The notes under the pieces: model-generated
Told to the model about the DNA's origin: nothing
What the model saw: only the letters and a program-made list of their open reading frames with translations
Database searches by the model: none
Origin: Cyanidioschyzon merolae
Lineage: Eukaryota
Assembly: GCA_000091205.1 (NCBI GenBank)
Contig: AP006501.2
Length of the DNA stretch: 64,000 nucleotides
Strand: one strand, 5' to 3'
Position numbers and translations under genes: made by a program
Part shown: positions 42,707-53,816 of the stretch, piece by piece
Layout of the letters: the number at the start of each line of letters is the position of its first letter
How positions within the stretch are numbered: the first letter of the stretch is position 1

Positions 42707-44050
42707 CTATTTTGTTGCTCCCAATGACTCCCCAGTCAAAAGCCGATGAATGCTGGCCGCTGTATCGGCGGTACCGAGCAGCGCACGCGCGTCACCGCGT
42801 AAGAACAGCTCCCCGTCCCGCACAAGAATGAGCTGGCCGTCGGTAACCTCCGAGAGTCTGTGCGTCACTATGAGTATTGTGGCCCGGATGCGTTCTTTCC
42901 AGTCCGATAAACGTTGCAATACTTGAGCCGCTGTTGCTGCGTCCAGACTTGAAGTGACCTCGTCCAGCAGTAGGATTCGTGGTTGCTGCAAAAGCACTCG
43001 CGTGAGGCCGAGGCGAGCTCGCTCACCCCCTGACAAGGCGGCTAGCGGTCGATCCAGAATCGTTCGCGATAAGCCAGCTATATGCAGTGCTTCCGGTAGT
43101 CGCTGTTCAAGCTCTGTCCGCGATACAACTCCCAAACGAACGAGCGTCTCGAGCGCCGACTTTGCTGGTTCCTCCGTGTTCGCGCTCGAGCGTTGTCGGC
43201 GTTTGCCGAGGACCAGCTCCCAAAGCGTTTCTCGCGTTACAAGTCGGCGGAGTGCCTCCAGCAAACCAGGCCTCCTATGTGCCAAACACGGCAATGCAGG
43301 TTGCTGGCTCAGAAAACCTACTAGTTTGCCCCGTAACTCGCCTGGAGGGTACGCTGGCACTGGTGTGCCCCACAGCCGGACTTGACCACCTGAAGGCTCC
43401 TCTAAGCGGTTCACCAGTCGAAGAAGTCGAGACTTGCCAGCTCCTGACGGGCCGATGATAAACACCGTCTCTCCGTCGCGTACTTCGAAACAGATATTCC
43501 GAAGTATGGGTCGAGTCGTCCCCGCCGCCTGGGTGCTCGCAGACAACGTCACTCCTTCGAAAGCGATTGCCACCTCCCGTGTTCCACTTGGATAGTTCTC
43601 GACGAATGCGCCAGAGTCTCGCGTCACTGGGCGAATAGGATCGATGTTCTCGTGGTGCCTCTCTGTCGCGGAGCCGTACTCGAGGTCCGTTGCCAGCGAA
43701 GCGGCTGCCGTCGAAAGCACAGCGTCCGCGTCTTCCCTGGTTGACTCCTGATTGCTCACCGAAAGAGTATCTGTGCCAGCTTTTGGACTTAAGCGGTTGC
43801 TGAATGACATGAAAGGGGGAAAATATCCCCCGGGAACAGATATACCTGAAACGGCTGCTGCAACTCCAGCGCAGAAGTCAAGCGCTGCAGAGACGGCCCT
43901 GGTGGCAGGCCTCGACGCCTGAAGCGTTTGCTCAGGTTTCGCTCTGAGCGTATTCGGAACGGAACCTGAGACGTTTCCCTGGGTGCTGATCACCATCACA
44001 CTTCTTGAAGCATCTGGTTGGAATCGTTGATTGCATAGGATCAGAAACAC
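42707..44050 (-). CDS. ABC transporter ATP-binding protein, FetA/YbbL/STAR1-like, with ~200-aa N-terminal extension
   Basis: Walker A VFIIGPSGAGKS, signature LSGGERARLGLTRVL, and Walker B ILLLDEVTSSLD. It sits immediately upstream of the permease on the same strand. Confidence 0.75.
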   Translation of the reverse strand: MFLILCNQRFQPDASRSVMVISTQGNVSGSVPNTLRAKPEQTLQASRPATRAVSAALDFCAGVAAAVSGISVPGGYFPPFMSFSNRLSPKAGTDTLSVSNQESTREDADAVLSTAAASLATDLEYGSATERHHENIDPIRPVTRDSGAFVENYPSGTREVAIAFEGVTLSASTQAAGTTRPILRNICFEVRDGETVFIIGPSGAGKSRLLRLVNRLEEPSGGQVRLWGTPVPAYPPGELRGKLVGFLSQQPALPCLAHRRPGLLEALRRLVTRETLWELVLGKRRQRSSANTEEPAKSALETLVRLGVVSRTELEQRLPEALHIAGLSRTILDRPLAALSGGERARLGLTRVLLQQPRILLLDEVTSSLDAATAAQVLQRLSDWKERIRATILIVTHRLSEVTDGQLILVRDGELFLRGDARALLGTADTAASIHRLLTGESLGATK

Positions 44051-44503
44051 ACTGGAAGGCGCCTGGCTCGCGTTCGACGACCCCTAGCGCAGGGTAGAAG
44101 CTGCGATTTCACGCCGCTTCGTGCTTGCTCGTTCAAGGGCGTTTCTCGTATACCGTGTTCAAGTCCATAACTAAACCATCTGGTGACTTTGGACAACGGA
44201 GAACGCTGAGAGCGCTGGGCACTACCCAAAACGCCTCAGAGTCTGGAGCTGGCGCTCTCCGAACCAACCGCAGCAGCGACCTGGTGGTAGCCTGGAACGT
44301 GTCGGTTCACTGGAGGCTCTCCTGACGAGGCGTCCAGCACTGCCCGTTCTCTGTCGTTCTGTTTCTTTCTGTAGGCCTGTAGGAGTACGCAGGAACATCT
44401 GCGTTGTCTCACTTTGGATTTCCGGTTTCCTCGAGAGGAGACGTTGGCAGCCGCTGGACGAAACTTGTAAGCCGACCCGCAGCAGTGGGTTACGCTTCCG
44501 AGC

Positions 44504-47500
44504 ATGCCCTCCAGGGGTGCGCGTTCGAAGAAGCCCGCAAAGAAGACCGCCTCAGCTGAGGAGGCAGCACAACGACTGCCAGAGCATCTCGCGGCAGGCA
44601 AGTTCACCTCACTGGCCGACATCACAAGTATCGTGCTGGGTGCTCGCTCGTGGCAGTCCGAGGCAGAGGCCGAGACGAGGCCCCTCACGACTACCGCGTC
44701 TACTGCAGAGCTTCAAAATTGGGATGAACACGCTGCGCTGGTTGCCCAACGACTCTTAAAACGCGATGAAAGTACAAAACTACGAGCGTTGCAGGAGCTC
44801 AGCACCCTCTTGCAGGCACTGGAACAAGCTTCCTCGGAAAGAATCGCAGACCAAGCAGCCTACGGGGCCCAGTACGGCGCTTTTCTCGGAAACTTTGCCA
44901 CTGCATTCGTGAAACTGACACTGGATCCGAGTGTACGCGTTCGAGCAGAAGCCGTCGCGCTGGCGGGGCTTGTCGTTCGTCTTTACGGAAAACGGTCAAT
45001 AGCGCTCCTGCCGGGGATGCTTCCGGCATGGGTTGGGTTGCTGGGCGATCCCTCGGCACAGGTCGCTGAAGCTGCAGCTCGTAGTTTCCAGGACGCGTTT
45101 CCCACTGAGGTGAAACGTCGACGAGCGCTGTTGTTGGTACCGCATGCACTGATCCACCACGCAACCGCGCAGGTTCAGAGCAGTCTAGCGGGAAACGTGC
45201 CAGAGACGTTGCGTCAATCCGCAGACAAGGCCGAAATGCCCCTTCTCCACGCGCTGGTGTGCGTGGCGTCCACCGCGGAGGCTTTGGCAACGACACTAGC
45301 GACAAAGACAACCTTGTCGCCAGCAGACGACTCGGAACTGGTTGCATTTCTGGTCCACTGGCTCCAGCACTGGGTATCGGAGGAAGGCGTGCAGACGCTT
45401 GCGGTACCGCTTTTCCGCCGCTACCGGCAATCGCTCCGCGTCCATGAGGCCTTCTGGCGACTAGCCATTATTTCAGTGGACCTTTTCGGAGAGCTTCGGC
45501 AGACCAGAGACGAGCACCAGGGGCATAGCTTGATCGCTGCATTGGCAAACGCTTGTCCAGACTGGGAAAGCAAGGCGTCGGACGGTTTTTCCTATCTCGT
45601 TTCACGACTCGCTTGGGATGAGCTGCACGCTTCCTGCCAAGAACAGGTCTGGATCCTCCTCCATCGCTATGTTGTGCGGATTGAGCCTTCCAGCAGCAGC
45701 CTTGCACGATCGATCTCTGCAAAGACGCTCACAAGCTGGCTTCTCGGCGAGTCGATAGCAGGGGGCCGGCGTCAGGCCTCTGCAGCCGAACGTATCCAGT
45801 CTGGTCGGGTTTTCCGGGGGCTGCTACCCTTCTTGCAAGCGCTACGAATCAAGTGGCTGACCAGCGACGCTGTGCGTTCCGATCCAGTCGAGAGCGCTTC
45901 CCGTCATCATTGGCTCGAGTCGTTCGAGGGTATGCTGCTCGATGAGCTCACCACTGCCTTGCTCTGGCGAGCGCCTAAAACAAAGTTTCCTCCAGCGCTT
46001 GTGGGGAGCGCTTACCTGGACTGGTGGCAAGCAGCGCTGGTCGCTTTCCTGGAGAGTGCGCTCTGGGTCCAGCAGCTATCCTCGAGACGAGAGCGCAGCG
46101 ATGATAGGACTGCTCTGCGCGCTCGATGCCGCGCTGCACTACAGCGGTACCTTCTTGCAGCGGAGGCGTTTCAGCGTGCACCTGAAGCGTCGCAATCCGT
46201 GGTGCAATTCGGTGGTAGACCAGCCGATGCATCATTGCTTCATGAACGCTTTTTCGATGTGCTTTTCTATGCGAGCGTGGACGCTTGTCGAAGCGACTTG
46301 GATGCAACGCGCTCCAACTGGCAAATCGTTGGTGAGGAGCTCGCCGCGGGGCTCGTCGTCATCGTCGTCATCGAACGAGCACCTGCCTGGTATGCGAAGG
46401 CGGTGGTCGCTGCTTGCGAACGTGCCGTGCAGGGAACCTCGTTCGCGACGCTCGAGTCAGACCAGCAGCCCCGGTGGTCACTTCTAGGCCTCGATCCTGG
46501 CGTCATTCGTACCTGGAGTGTAGAAATTATGGGAGGTGCGTTCTGCTGGGCACTGAATCGTTTCCGTCGACGAAAGATTGGCAACGGAAACGCACAACAT
46601 GACGATAATCACCAGCAGGTACATGGTACTCCAGCGGAAGCAGAGGTTGCAACCACGCTGCTCCTGTTGGCATGGAGTCAGCGCGCCCCGGCTTCGATGC
46701 TGGAACGTGCTTTGCAGTATCCAGATCCGATTCAGGGCCGCCATCGACTCAACGACTTTTTCCACGACGCTGTGTCGCTGCTGGAGCATCCATCAGCGGA
46801 AAACGAGCATGACGATGACGATGACGACAACGAGGAGGAGGCGGTGGCGGTGGCAGCGCTCCCTGCTGCTTACAGTCACCAGCTCGTAGCGGTGCTGGGT
46901 GCACTGGCTGCATGCAGTCACTCCTCTGAGGCGCTGAGCGGTCCATCGAGCGTCTTGAACGCGCGTTTAGAGGAGTGTCCTGGCGCGGGTCGCTGGCTCA
47001 TCGAACTTGCTCAAGCAGCACGTATCCGAGCAGCTTCAATAGAGCAAGGTGTTCCAGCTGGTCTCTGGACAGCGACGGTGTTTCCCCGTCACCTGGCTGA
47101 CCAAGTGGAGCACCTGCAGTGCTACTGCGACCAACTGGACCCCGCCCGCTACTCCTATTACCGCCGTTCGGAGACAGACGCTTGGCCTTCCGTTGGGCTC
47201 CTGCTGGAATACGCCGCCTGGCCCGAGGCCTGGCTCTGGTCAACGTCCACTGACTGGTCTACACTGAGGAGCAGCATGGATGCCAGCGTGTGTCGGGCGC
47301 TGCGTCTCGGACTCTGGGACTGGCCCCAACTGGCCTCCTTTCAGCAGGGTGTTCATTCAGCAGCTGCTCCATGGACCGCAGAAACACGAGCTTGGCTGTA
47401 CGTGAGAGCGCTCCTGGCATTAGAGCAGCACCAGAGCCAAGAAGCAAGCGACGGGCATGTGTTTGCGGACGTCCGACCGTCGGCAGCGCTGGAGCGTGAA

Positions 47501-50500
47501 ACCCTGGAAAGAGTCGTGCTCGACGCACTCGCGTGGCTCCTTGAGGATATGGAACGCGTTCTGCTCGCAGAGTCGTGTGAAACGCAAGCTCCGGACATGC
47601 TCGAGGCTGTTCAACGCTTCCAGCGCGTGCTGCTAGAGCTCGCCGCCACCTCGAAACGCCCCTGGCAAGCTCTCCTGTACGACATATTGTACAAGTGCTG
47701 GGTATCGGATGCAGAGGACTCGAAGGCAATAGCAGCACAGCCTGGAGAGCGCGTGATAGAACCAGCATGGCGACCATTGCAAAGACTAGAGGAGCAACAA
47801 CGACAACAACGCTGGCGTTGTTCGCTGCTCGAGTCGCTGACACCCTCGCTGGACGATGCAGCAAGTCCGCTTGATGCTACGTTGTGGCACCTCTACCTGC
47901 AGTTTCCATGGACGCGTTCCTGGGCAACAGCACGATTTATCGGCTGGCTGCAGCGAACGGATGCTGCGACTGCTGCGTCCGCACTCGACGTGGCGGCAGC
48001 GGTACTTGCGCGCCTCCTGGACCCCGAAGCGAGCACTGCAGCCTGCTGCGACACGATCGTAACCGAGTTGGCAAAAGCCCCGCTGTACGCACCAGCGACA
48101 CCGACAGCGTTTCAGGTGCCGCTCGAGCAAAGCGCTGAGCGTCAACCGACGATGCTCATGAGACTGCTGATATGGTCGTCACTGGTACGAGAGCGTTTCT
48201 GGATACGTCTCCAGACGGATGCTGCGTATTTTGGACGAAGCGTCACCGCGGCCTCTTTCACACGATGCACGATGGCTGCTCTGGAAACCGGTCCGGTTAC
48301 CGGCCTGCAGGCATCTGGAGCCGTGGGAGAGTTTGCGTTGGAGCTCCTTCGGTATGCGGCAGCGAGTCTGGCGCAAACGCTGCCCGTATGGGTCCAGAGC
48401 GTTCTGAATGACACCTCAGCTGAGCGAATGCGCAGCGCTACCGGGCTGCAGCACGAGCCGTCTGTCCAAGTGGCCCCACAGGATGTACCGAAAACACTGT
48501 GTGCTTCTATGGAAATTCTCGGGCATGCGGCTGCGATTCCCGCCTCCTACGAACATCGTGCGGATTTGTTGACGTACCTGCGTTCCGCACTGGAACTGCT
48601 CATTGAGGTGCCGTTCACGAACCTGATCACAAGCCTCGAGCGAGCGCCACAGCAAACGAGTGAGGAGTTTCATCGAGGCTCCTCATTCGTTGGCAAACAT
48701 GCAACGCCGGACGCCAACACGACAAGGCCAGCAGCATCGGCAACGAGCGTGCGTCGCGTTTCGGACGCTCCATCGACACCGTCGTCATCGTCGAGCGCAG
48801 CGGAGGACTCGAATCGCCAGGTACTCGCGGTCCTGTTTGAACGGCTCGTGCGTCCGAGTCTGGACGTTTTCGCTACCGACCTGGGCGAAGAACACTGGAC
48901 CTGGATCGGCGAGACTGCTACGCAGGCGCTGGTGACCTCGCTGGGCTGGCCAGTGTACGCGGCAGCGCTTCGGTGTCTGTACGCATGGCATGTGCGGCTC
49001 GTAGAGCGTGCCTCTTCGACCCTGTTATCGGAACAGATGGTCAGCAGTATTGGACAGGCCCTCTGGATGACTTGTTATCGATTGGCAGAGGCGTATCGTG
49101 ACTCGCTCGTCACCGAGGCGCCATGTTCACCGGTTGCGGAGCTGAACCTACCCGTTCAAGATGCGCTGGGCTATTTGATTTGCGTTTTCAGACCTGAACT
49201 TGAGCGACTGGCGCTTCGCAGCGAGGATTCCGCACCCCAGATGATGACCGCGTTACCGTGCTGGCGCGAAGCTCGTGACCGCTGGGTAACGACGCGTTTT
49301 GGTGTCAAGTGTGAGTCGTTGCTTTCATCGATGCTGGGCCGCTTCTGGTGTCTCACCTGGCTTCCGTATCTCGTTGCAAGCAAAAGCACCGCTGTCCGCA
49401 GTGCCGTCATGCAGTTGCTGGGCACCCTGTGGGATGCGCTGGAAGCCTGGCTCGCGACGTCGACACTGGAGGGTGCACAGGCGTCCCTGGGTACCGGGCA
49501 CGCAGGTACAGGTGCCTCTCCTGCGGATACACGTCCAGGCTCGATTCGTTTCGAGTCCGATCAGCGTGGAGCGGCCACAGCCCTGGGCAGACGACCTGCA
49601 GAGCCCGAGCCGATGCCCTGTAGCAGCACCAGCGCTACATACGCTACCGAGACAACGCCACTGGAATACTCTGCGGATCGACGGGGCACCCAGCTGGACG
49701 GCAGCGTCGAGCATCACGACCCGTTACGCACGGAGGCATCGGAGCTCTCCGTCGCCGTCAGCGACTTGGGCATTGCAGAGAATACCGTGCATTTGGAGGC
49801 ACTCAAGGGATTGGCAACGCTCCACGATGCCCTGATTCAGAGCTGCAGTGAGGCGCTGTTTGCCCTGACGGCGAGGTTTCCGTCGCTGGACCCGACACCA
49901 GAGGCCGCGTCATGGGAACCTCTGCAGACCTATTTTTGCGCTTGGCTGGTGCTGCTTCGGCTCCAGGTCACGGGCTCCTATCCAGAAGCGTCGCTGGTAA
50001 CACCGTTGGGGTCGCGGTTGCCGAACACGTTGCGAGAAGGTGCGCTTTGGACGCTTCTAGACGGACTCGGGCGTTGCTGGATCCGAGCGGCAGCTACGAT
50101 AACGACGCGAACACCCGAAAGCAGTCACTCCACGAGCGATGCAGAGGCTCAATGCTTCCGAGAGCAACTGGAAATGCTTCTGGCTGGTCTCACCGAGCAA
50201 CTGGTGCTCGCTACCTCGGATCCGCAGTGGCTGGCGAGGGAGATCTTCTGGGAGCCAACAGACTGGCGACCAGCGGCTCTCGGAGCCCGCCTCCTCTTCC
50301 TGACGCTACTCGTGCAACCGCTTCTTGCACAACGCTGGTTTACCGATCATGTTGCGGATCGCTCGCTTCTTCAGCCGCTGGAGCTGTTGAGCCGCACGCT
50401 GCTCACTGGACCGTTGATTGCCCGCGAACTCGAGGCTATTCGGCAGTATGCCGCGCATGTGCACCAGACCCAGCACCGGGAGAACGGCGAAACCGTTCCC

Positions 50501-51133
50501 AATGCATCCCCTTCCCATACGGGTGTGTTATCCGTTCAGGGTAGTCTTGCAGCACGAGAGATTCTGGTTCGGTACCACTTTGAAGAGGTCCAATTACCCG
50601 TGTGTCTCCGACTGGCCGATACGCATCCGTGGCGAGCGCCGGAGCTTGTGCTTGCGCCCGCTGAACGCTCCGTAGTCTCGTTGGCGGGCATCGAACGTGA
50701 AACACGCGCTCGATCAGAGCTCGAAGCTCGCTACCGAAGACTCTTTCTCCATATGACCAGAATTTTACAACACGGAGTGGATCGGCACTCTGCCGACGCC
50801 GGTACCCTACTGCTACAACTGGGCGCATCGGCAACGTCCTCGTCGACATCGACGACATCGACGCTTGGGACGGCGTCCTGTGTGCCTCGTCAGTACTTTG
50901 CACCGAGTGCCCTCGCCAGTGCGGTGGTGTACTGGCATCAGCGTTTGGTTTCCCTATTGCGTGACGCACCCGAGTGTCCGATCTGTTATCAGGTGCTGCA
51001 TTCACGAACAGGTCAGGTTTCGCGTGTGCGCTGTCCGACCTGTCGGTATCGATTCCATGCAGCTTGTCTGTATCGGTGGTTCAGTAGTGCTGCGCACGGT
51101 GCCACGTGTCCGTTGTGTCGGTCACCGTTCTAA
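44504..51133 (+). CDS. LTN1: E3 ubiquitin-protein ligase Listerin (LTN1/RKR1), ribosome quality control
   Basis: 2209-aa uninterrupted ORF. The C-terminal RING-CH CPICYQVLH...CPTCRYRFHAACLYRWF...TCPLCRSPF is colinear with the yeast and human Listerin C-terminus. There is an N-terminal HEAT/ARM-like region. It terminates with TAA. Confidence 0.85.
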   Translation: MPSRGARSKKPAKKTASAEEAAQRLPEHLAAGKFTSLADITSIVLGARSWQSEAEAETRPLTTTASTAELQNWDEHAALVAQRLLKRDESTKLRALQELSTLLQALEQASSERIADQAAYGAQYGAFLGNFATAFVKLTLDPSVRVRAEAVALAGLVVRLYGKRSIALLPGMLPAWVGLLGDPSAQVAEAAARSFQDAFPTEVKRRRALLLVPHALIHHATAQVQSSLAGNVPETLRQSADKAEMPLLHALVCVASTAEALATTLATKTTLSPADDSELVAFLVHWLQHWVSEEGVQTLAVPLFRRYRQSLRVHEAFWRLAIISVDLFGELRQTRDEHQGHSLIAALANACPDWESKASDGFSYLVSRLAWDELHASCQEQVWILLHRYVVRIEPSSSSLARSISAKTLTSWLLGESIAGGRRQASAAERIQSGRVFRGLLPFLQALRIKWLTSDAVRSDPVESASRHHWLESFEGMLLDELTTALLWRAPKTKFPPALVGSAYLDWWQAALVAFLESALWVQQLSSRRERSDDRTALRARCRAALQRYLLAAEAFQRAPEASQSVVQFGGRPADASLLHERFFDVLFYASVDACRSDLDATRSNWQIVGEELAAGLVVIVVIERAPAWYAKAVVAACERAVQGTSFATLESDQQPRWSLLGLDPGVIRTWSVEIMGGAFCWALNRFRRRKIGNGNAQHDDNHQQVHGTPAEAEVATTLLLLAWSQRAPASMLERALQYPDPIQGRHRLNDFFHDAVSLLEHPSAENEHDDDDDDNEEEAVAVAALPAAYSHQLVAVLGALAACSHSSEALSGPSSVLNARLEECPGAGRWLIELAQAARIRAASIEQGVPAGLWTATVFPRHLADQVEHLQCYCDQLDPARYSYYRRSETDAWPSVGLLLEYAAWPEAWLWSTSTDWSTLRSSMDASVCRALRLGLWDWPQLASFQQGVHSAAAPWTAETRAWLYVRALLALEQHQSQEASDGHVFADVRPSAALERETLERVVLDALAWLLEDMERVLLAESCETQAPDMLEAVQRFQRVLLELAATSKRPWQALLYDILYKCWVSDAEDSKAIAAQPGERVIEPAWRPLQRLEEQQRQQRWRCSLLESLTPSLDDAASPLDATLWHLYLQFPWTRSWATARFIGWLQRTDAATAASALDVAAAVLARLLDPEASTAACCDTIVTELAKAPLYAPATPTAFQVPLEQSAERQPTMLMRLLIWSSLVRERFWIRLQTDAAYFGRSVTAASFTRCTMAALETGPVTGLQASGAVGEFALELLRYAAASLAQTLPVWVQSVLNDTSAERMRSATGLQHEPSVQVAPQDVPKTLCASMEILGHAAAIPASYEHRADLLTYLRSALELLIEVPFTNLITSLERAPQQTSEEFHRGSSFVGKHATPDANTTRPAASATSVRRVSDAPSTPSSSSSAAEDSNRQVLAVLFERLVRPSLDVFATDLGEEHWTWIGETATQALVTSLGWPVYAAALRCLYAWHVRLVERASSTLLSEQMVSSIGQALWMTCYRLAEAYRDSLVTEAPCSPVAELNLPVQDALGYLICVFRPELERLALRSEDSAPQMMTALPCWREARDRWVTTRFGVKCESLLSSMLGRFWCLTWLPYLVASKSTAVRSAVMQLLGTLWDALEAWLATSTLEGAQASLGTGHAGTGASPADTRPGSIRFESDQRGAATALGRRPAEPEPMPCSSTSATYATETTPLEYSADRRGTQLDGSVEHHDPLRTEASELSVAVSDLGIAENTVHLEALKGLATLHDALIQSCSEALFALTARFPSLDPTPEAASWEPLQTYFCAWLVLLRLQVTGSYPEASLVTPLGSRLPNTLREGALWTLLDGLGRCWIRAAATITTRTPESSHSTSDAEAQCFREQLEMLLAGLTEQLVLATSDPQWLAREIFWEPTDWRPAALGARLLFLTLLVQPLLAQRWFTDHVADRSLLQPLELLSRTLLTGPLIARELEAIRQYAAHVHQTQHRENGETVPNASPSHTGVLSVQGSLAAREILVRYHFEEVQLPVCLRLADTHPWRAPELVLAPAERSVVSLAGIERETRARSELEARYRRLFLHMTRILQHGVDRHSADAGTLLLQLGASATSSSTSTTSTLGTASCVPRQYFAPSALASAVVYWHQRLVSLLRDAPECPICYQVLHSRTGQVSRVRCPTCRYRFHAACLYRWFSSAAHGATCPLCRSPF

Positions 51134-51238
51134 CCCAGAGCGCATCAACGCAACCTTGAAACACACGATCGATGCAGACGTGCTGCCTCTGAATCAACGC
51201 GTCCAGCATTGCATATTCTGGTCTGCGGAAGCGATGCC

Positions 51239-53572
51239 TCATCGCATTCGCGAGGCACTGGTGGAGAAAAGTTGACGCGCCAGGTCCGCCGAGAACGATG
51301 ACGACGATGGTGGTGGTGGTGGTGGTAGCGGCGATGGCGATGGCGACGATGATGATGATGATGATGATCGACGCAGTTCGTGTGCATCCAGCAACTCGGT
51401 GTCGGTGAGCAGCACCGAGGAGGCCGCATCCGCTACCGCCTCCATTGTGGCATGATCACTTGGACTGGTGCTCTCCGCGATGCCGGCAACGCGACCCGAT
51501 AATGATGGCGATAAAGACGACCGGATGTGATGATGGTTATTGGTGCTGTTGTTGCTATTGGTGCTGCTCATCTCGGATGCCATGTGCCGTCGATGGGTTG
51601 TCATAGCGTGTTCCGATGGTGCACGCCTTGCATCCCCGCTCACAGCGTCGGCAAGCTGGTCGTTGAACTGCATCGCTAGCGTCGACGCCTGCGAGCGATG
51701 ATTCATGGTTGACTGTTGTTGCAGTTGCTGTTGTTGCTGTAGTTGGTGCTGTCGTCGTCGCTTGCGCGCACAGAGACGGCAGTGATTGCCCCAATCACAG
51801 GTGCCTTGTCGTTGCATCATACGGCTGTGACGTTTGCGACAGTTGCCGCATACCTGTGTCGCGCAGCAAGCTTGACAGGTCCGATGTAGTTCTAAAGCAT
51901 CCGCGCTAGCGCGACTTCGCAGCGACTGGGAAGCTGAGCGTCGATCGAGTGCCCCCGACGAGGGCGAGTCAACGACAACCGCCTCGGGATCAGCCTCGCT
52001 CGTGGATCGATCCGCGTGCGGTTGGCTCCGACGCGTTCTCCTCGCAGTCGTTAGAAGCAAACCGTGATCGCTGAGGCCTTGCTCTGTGAGTACTCCGGCG
52101 GCCGCCTGGAATGCGGCATTTCTGGCACCGGCATCCAGGTTGGCTTGTCGACTAGCAGCGTCGCCTCCGAGCGCTGGTGTCTCCCACGGCGACGGCAGCG
52201 AGCTCCGCTGGCGAGCGCGTTGGCGCTGTCGACGAGTGCAGAGGCGACAGGCGTCGCCCCATTGGCATCGTCCATCAGGGGCATGTTTCATCATGCGATG
52301 ATGCCGTTGTCGACACGCCGGGCACACCGGTTTGTTCAGTCCGGGATCACTGCACTTGGGGCAGCGGATATGTCGCTCCAGGGGTGTCGTGCCTGTCGAC
52401 GGACCCAGCTGCCCTGCGCCGTCGTGCGCCACATACGGCGGAATATCATCCTGATCCCAGTTCAAGGCTTGGCTCTGTAGCGCCAGGGTGCTATGCTCGC
52501 CATCCTGGCCGGTTGGTCGTGCGCCCGACAAATAGCCTCGAAAGCTGGTACGGTCGCGTTCGCTGAGCAGGAGCATACCGCCACCAGTGGCGCCAGTACC
52601 CGTTCCAGTACCAGTTTCAGTACCCGTTCCAGTACCAGTTCCGATTCCGGTGCCGCGCTCGGACTCTGGATCCCTGAGCGGAGCAAAGAGCTTTGCTTGA
52701 GCGAGTTCATCATCTGTTTGCAGATGCACATTCTCGGGGATGTCTTCGGTGCCGGATTCTATCGGATTCGGCAGCCGCTCAGCCGGTATCAATACATCTC
52801 GGGCGGGGCGAAGCGCCGGTAGCACTCCTATTTTCACCGCCAAGTCCTGGGCGAAAGCCCGCGACGCGGATATCGGCGGCAGCGTCGGTGGCTCCATGGG
52901 CGACACCGAGGCCGCAGATACAACGCCGCACTCGGCACTGCCAGTGCCTTCGAGCCAGCCCTCAAAAATCTGCCGCTCTGGACTCTGCTTGTTTGGTAAA
53001 TCGGAGAGCATCGCATTCGCTGCCGTCACTGGGTTTCCATCGGCGCGAGTTGCGGACCCTGCACTGAAAGTGCGCCCAGCATCACGACGTACACCCAATG
53101 CAGTGCTTGCCGCTGTTGCAGTCGTTGAGGTCGGCGTATCCGGATCGTAGCGGGCGAAGTCGACGACGGCAAACAGGTAGTGGCTGGTGTCGGTGCTACG
53201 ACCCAGTGGACTAGGCGGTGGGCGCGGCTCGCTCTCCGCGAGTCGCTGGCGCGTCCGGCGGCCGATTCCTTCGCCCAGAGAGGAGTCTCCGGGTGACCCA
53301 TCCCTTGTTCCAAACGTCTCTGCAACGTGATCTGGAAAGTTATCGCTATTTACTGCGGAGTCGTCCCCGCCAAGACCCCAGTAGGCGTCCGACACCGCCA
53401 GATTACCTTCGTCGTCCACGTGCTCCGTCTGTGCACGCGAAGAAGCCGCAGCACTTCTCTTCGTCTGCCGCTCTCCTCGTCGCGGTGCCATGCCACCCAA
53501 ACCAGTCCAGAAACGCTTACTTTCCGTTCCGACTGTGCTGACTGAGGCGTGCGCTGACGGGCTCGTGAGCAC
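51239..53572 (-). CDS. Hypothetical low-complexity protein with a duplicated 8-Cys module
   Basis: 777-aa ORF. Two ~45-aa modules have the pattern C-x2-C-x5-8-C-x2-CR-x-RH-x-MM-x-C-x-WG-x2-CRLC-x-R-basic (nt ~52235..52363 and ~51755..51877). It also contains a (GT)n dipeptide tract, poly-Q and poly-S/P tails. An upstream same-strand ORF 53517..53963 overlaps in another frame next to a C15 homopolymer. Confidence 0.4.
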   Translation of the reverse strand: MLTSPSAHASVSTVGTESKRFWTGLGGMAPRRGERQTKRSAAASSRAQTEHVDDEGNLAVSDAYWGLGGDDSAVNSDNFPDHVAETFGTRDGSPGDSSLGEGIGRRTRQRLAESEPRPPPSPLGRSTDTSHYLFAVVDFARYDPDTPTSTTATAASTALGVRRDAGRTFSAGSATRADGNPVTAANAMLSDLPNKQSPERQIFEGWLEGTGSAECGVVSAASVSPMEPPTLPPISASRAFAQDLAVKIGVLPALRPARDVLIPAERLPNPIESGTEDIPENVHLQTDDELAQAKLFAPLRDPESERGTGIGTGTGTGTETGTGTGTGATGGGMLLLSERDRTSFRGYLSGARPTGQDGEHSTLALQSQALNWDQDDIPPYVAHDGAGQLGPSTGTTPLERHIRCPKCSDPGLNKPVCPACRQRHHRMMKHAPDGRCQWGDACRLCTRRQRQRARQRSSLPSPWETPALGGDAASRQANLDAGARNAAFQAAAGVLTEQGLSDHGLLLTTARRTRRSQPHADRSTSEADPEAVVVDSPSSGALDRRSASQSLRSRASADALELHRTCQACCATQVCGNCRKRHSRMMQRQGTCDWGNHCRLCARKRRRQHQLQQQQQLQQQSTMNHRSQASTLAMQFNDQLADAVSGDARRAPSEHAMTTHRRHMASEMSSTNSNNSTNNHHHIRSSLSPSLSGRVAGIAESTSPSDHATMEAVADAASSVLLTDTELLDAHELRRSSSSSSSSPSPSPLPPPPPPSSSSFSADLARQLFSTSASRMR

Positions 53573-53801
53573 GAGCCCTCGCCCTGCGCGAGCGTGCTTC
53601 TACGGTGGCAGCAACGCGCCTCTTTCCGGGTGTTTCGTGACCTTCCAGTGAGCTAGTCTGCAGGTGCTGACTATTGACCACACTGGACGCCTTGTCCAGC
53701 TGCTCTGGCACCGGTGTTTCTCGTAAGCGGCCAGAAGATATCACCGGCAGCGGGAGCGGGCCTCCGCTGCTGGGCGCCTCCTCTGGCGACGTTGGCTGGC
53801 G

Positions 53802-53816
53802 CCCCCCCCCCCCCCC
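53802..53816. repeat. C15 homopolymer
   Basis: Fifteen consecutive C at 53802-53816, encoding the poly-Gly of the 53517..53963 ORF. Confidence 0.9.
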
